Shown in pieces: positions 5,258-6,255 of a stretch of 6,255 bases of DNA. Origin of the DNA: a virus (lineage: Duplodnaviria > Heunggongvirae > Uroviricota > Caudoviricetes); the IMG/VR virus record IMGVR_UViG_2728369593_000012, positions 1 through 6,255 of that record, one strand, 5' to 3'. Below the pieces are notes generated by a model that saw nothing but the letters and a program-made list of their open reading frames with translations, was not told where the DNA came from and ran no database searches. Positions within the stretch are counted from its first letter, which is position 1. Each line of letters starts with the position of its first letter. Both the position numbers and the translations under genes were made by a program.

Positions 5258-5643
5258 AGCTGATCCTGCCTTTCCCGCCCAGCGTGAACACCTACTGGCG
5301 ACACCCCAACAAAGGGGCATTTGCTGGTAAGAGCCTGATAAGCGAGGCGGGGCGAAAATTTCAGAGCGCGGCGTGCGCAGCAATAGTTGAGCAGTTACGT
5401 CGTCTGCCAAAACCAACGTCGGCACCTGCTTCAGTGGAGATCGTGTTGTTTCCGCCGGATAACCGGATCCGCGATCTGGACAACTATAACAAGGCGCTGT
5501 TTGACGCCCTGACCCACGCGGGTGTGTGGGAAGACGACAGACAGGTGAAAAGAATGCTGGTGGAGTGGGGACCGGTTATCCCGAAAGGGAAGGTCGAGAT
5601 CACTATCAGTAAGTATGAGAAAACGGCGGGTGCAGCCGCCTGA
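5254..5643 (+). CDS. rusA: Crossover junction endodeoxyribonuclease RusA (Holliday junction resolvase)
   Basis: 129 aa; LPFPPSVNTYWRH...DLDNYNKALFDALTHAGVWEDDRQV resembles E. coli RusA (LPWPPSNNRYYRH...[25 protein letters not shown]). Typical nin-region gene of lambdoid phages. Confidence 0.85.
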   Translation: MKLILPFPPSVNTYWRHPNKGAFAGKSLISEAGRKFQSAACAAIVEQLRRLPKPTSAPASVEIVLFPPDNRIRDLDNYNKALFDALTHAGVWEDDRQVKRMLVEWGPVIPKGKVEITISKYEKTAGAAA

Positions 5644-5662
5644 TTAAGAGGAGAAACGAAGT

Positions 5663-6255
5663 ATGAATAATCTGATGGTTATTGATGGTATTGAAGTTCG
5701 TCGTGATGCTTATGGGCGTTACAGCCTGAACGATCTGCACAGGGCAGCCGGGGGAGAACAAAAAAACCGCCCGAAATACTGGCTCTCCAATAAGCAAACC
5801 TGTGAATTGATTGAACAACTTTTCACCGAGGGTGGAATTCCGCCTCTGGAACAAAATCAACCAGTTAGCGTCATTAATGGCGGAAATAACCAGGGGACGT
5901 ATGTCTGCAAAGAACTGGTGTATGCCTATGCAATGTGGATCAGCCCGTCATTCCATCTGAAGGTGATCCGTACTTTCGATATGGTAACCAGCGCACCGGA
6001 AAAATTATCCGGGCAGGCTGCTGACAAGATGCAGGCTGGAGTGATTCTGCTGGACTTTATGCGCAGGGAGTTAAACCTGTCTAACTCTTCAGTGCTTGGT
6101 GCCTGTCAGAAACTCCAGGAGGCTGTTGGCTTACCGAATCTGGCACCGCGCTATGCCATTGATGCTCCTGCTGATGCACTCGATGGCTCAAGCCGCCCTA
6201 CGCTATCATTGAGTGCACTGCTGAAGCAGTATGGTATCCGCCTTACGGCTAATCA
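5663..6255 (+). CDS. KilA-N domain-containing protein (3'-truncated at window end)
   Basis: ATG at 5663 with AAGAGGAG (5646-5653) upstream; the frame stays open to the window end, so it is absent from the ORF track. MVIDGIEVRRDAYGRYSLNDLHRAAGG...YWLSNKQTCELIEQL...GTYVCKELVYAYAMWISPSFHLKVI matches the KilA-N/APSES-type pattern. Confidence 0.7.
   Translation, partial: MNNLMVIDGIEVRRDAYGRYSLNDLHRAAGGEQKNRPKYWLSNKQTCELIEQLFTEGGIPPLEQNQPVSVINGGNNQGTYVCKELVYAYAMWISPSFHLKVIRTFDMVTSAPEKLSGQAADKMQAGVILLDFMRRELNLSNSSVLGACQKLQEAVGLPNLAPRYAIDAPADALDGSSRPTLSLSALLKQYGIRLTAN

Noticed and set aside
3821-5860. Long alternate-frame and antisense ORFs across the PerC/Dam/LexA-like/RusA genes (e.g. 4497..5078 -, 4687..5199 +, 4940..5227 -, 5231..5425 -, 5606..5860 -)
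   Set aside because: They overlap motif-supported genes on the plus strand and have Arg/Ser/Gly-rich translations typical of off-frame reading of GC-rich coding DNA.

Overview
This window reads as the early/immunity region of a lambdoid temperate phage or prophage, probably enterobacterial. Left to right: an AT-rich segment with one uncertain small ORF; a leftward small gene encoding a ClpX-type C4 zinc-finger domain; tandem OL-like operators and an intrinsic terminator; a leftward CI-type repressor (HTH + S24 LexA-like peptidase); a divergent operator/promoter region; then a rightward operon of Cro-like regulator, CII/YdaT-like protein, two small ORFs missing from the ORF track, a replication initiator carrying an internal iteron array (putative ori), a PerC-family regulator, a phage Dam-type N6-adenine methyltransferase, a LexA DNA-binding-domain-only protein, RusA resolvase and a 3'-truncated KilA-N protein. 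The most unusual signals are a near-consensus SOS (LexA) box inside the cI coding sequence together with a phage-encoded LexA DNA-binding-domain paralog, and a free ClpX zinc-binding-domain protein as the first pL-side gene. All calls are from reading the sequence by eye; no database search was possible.
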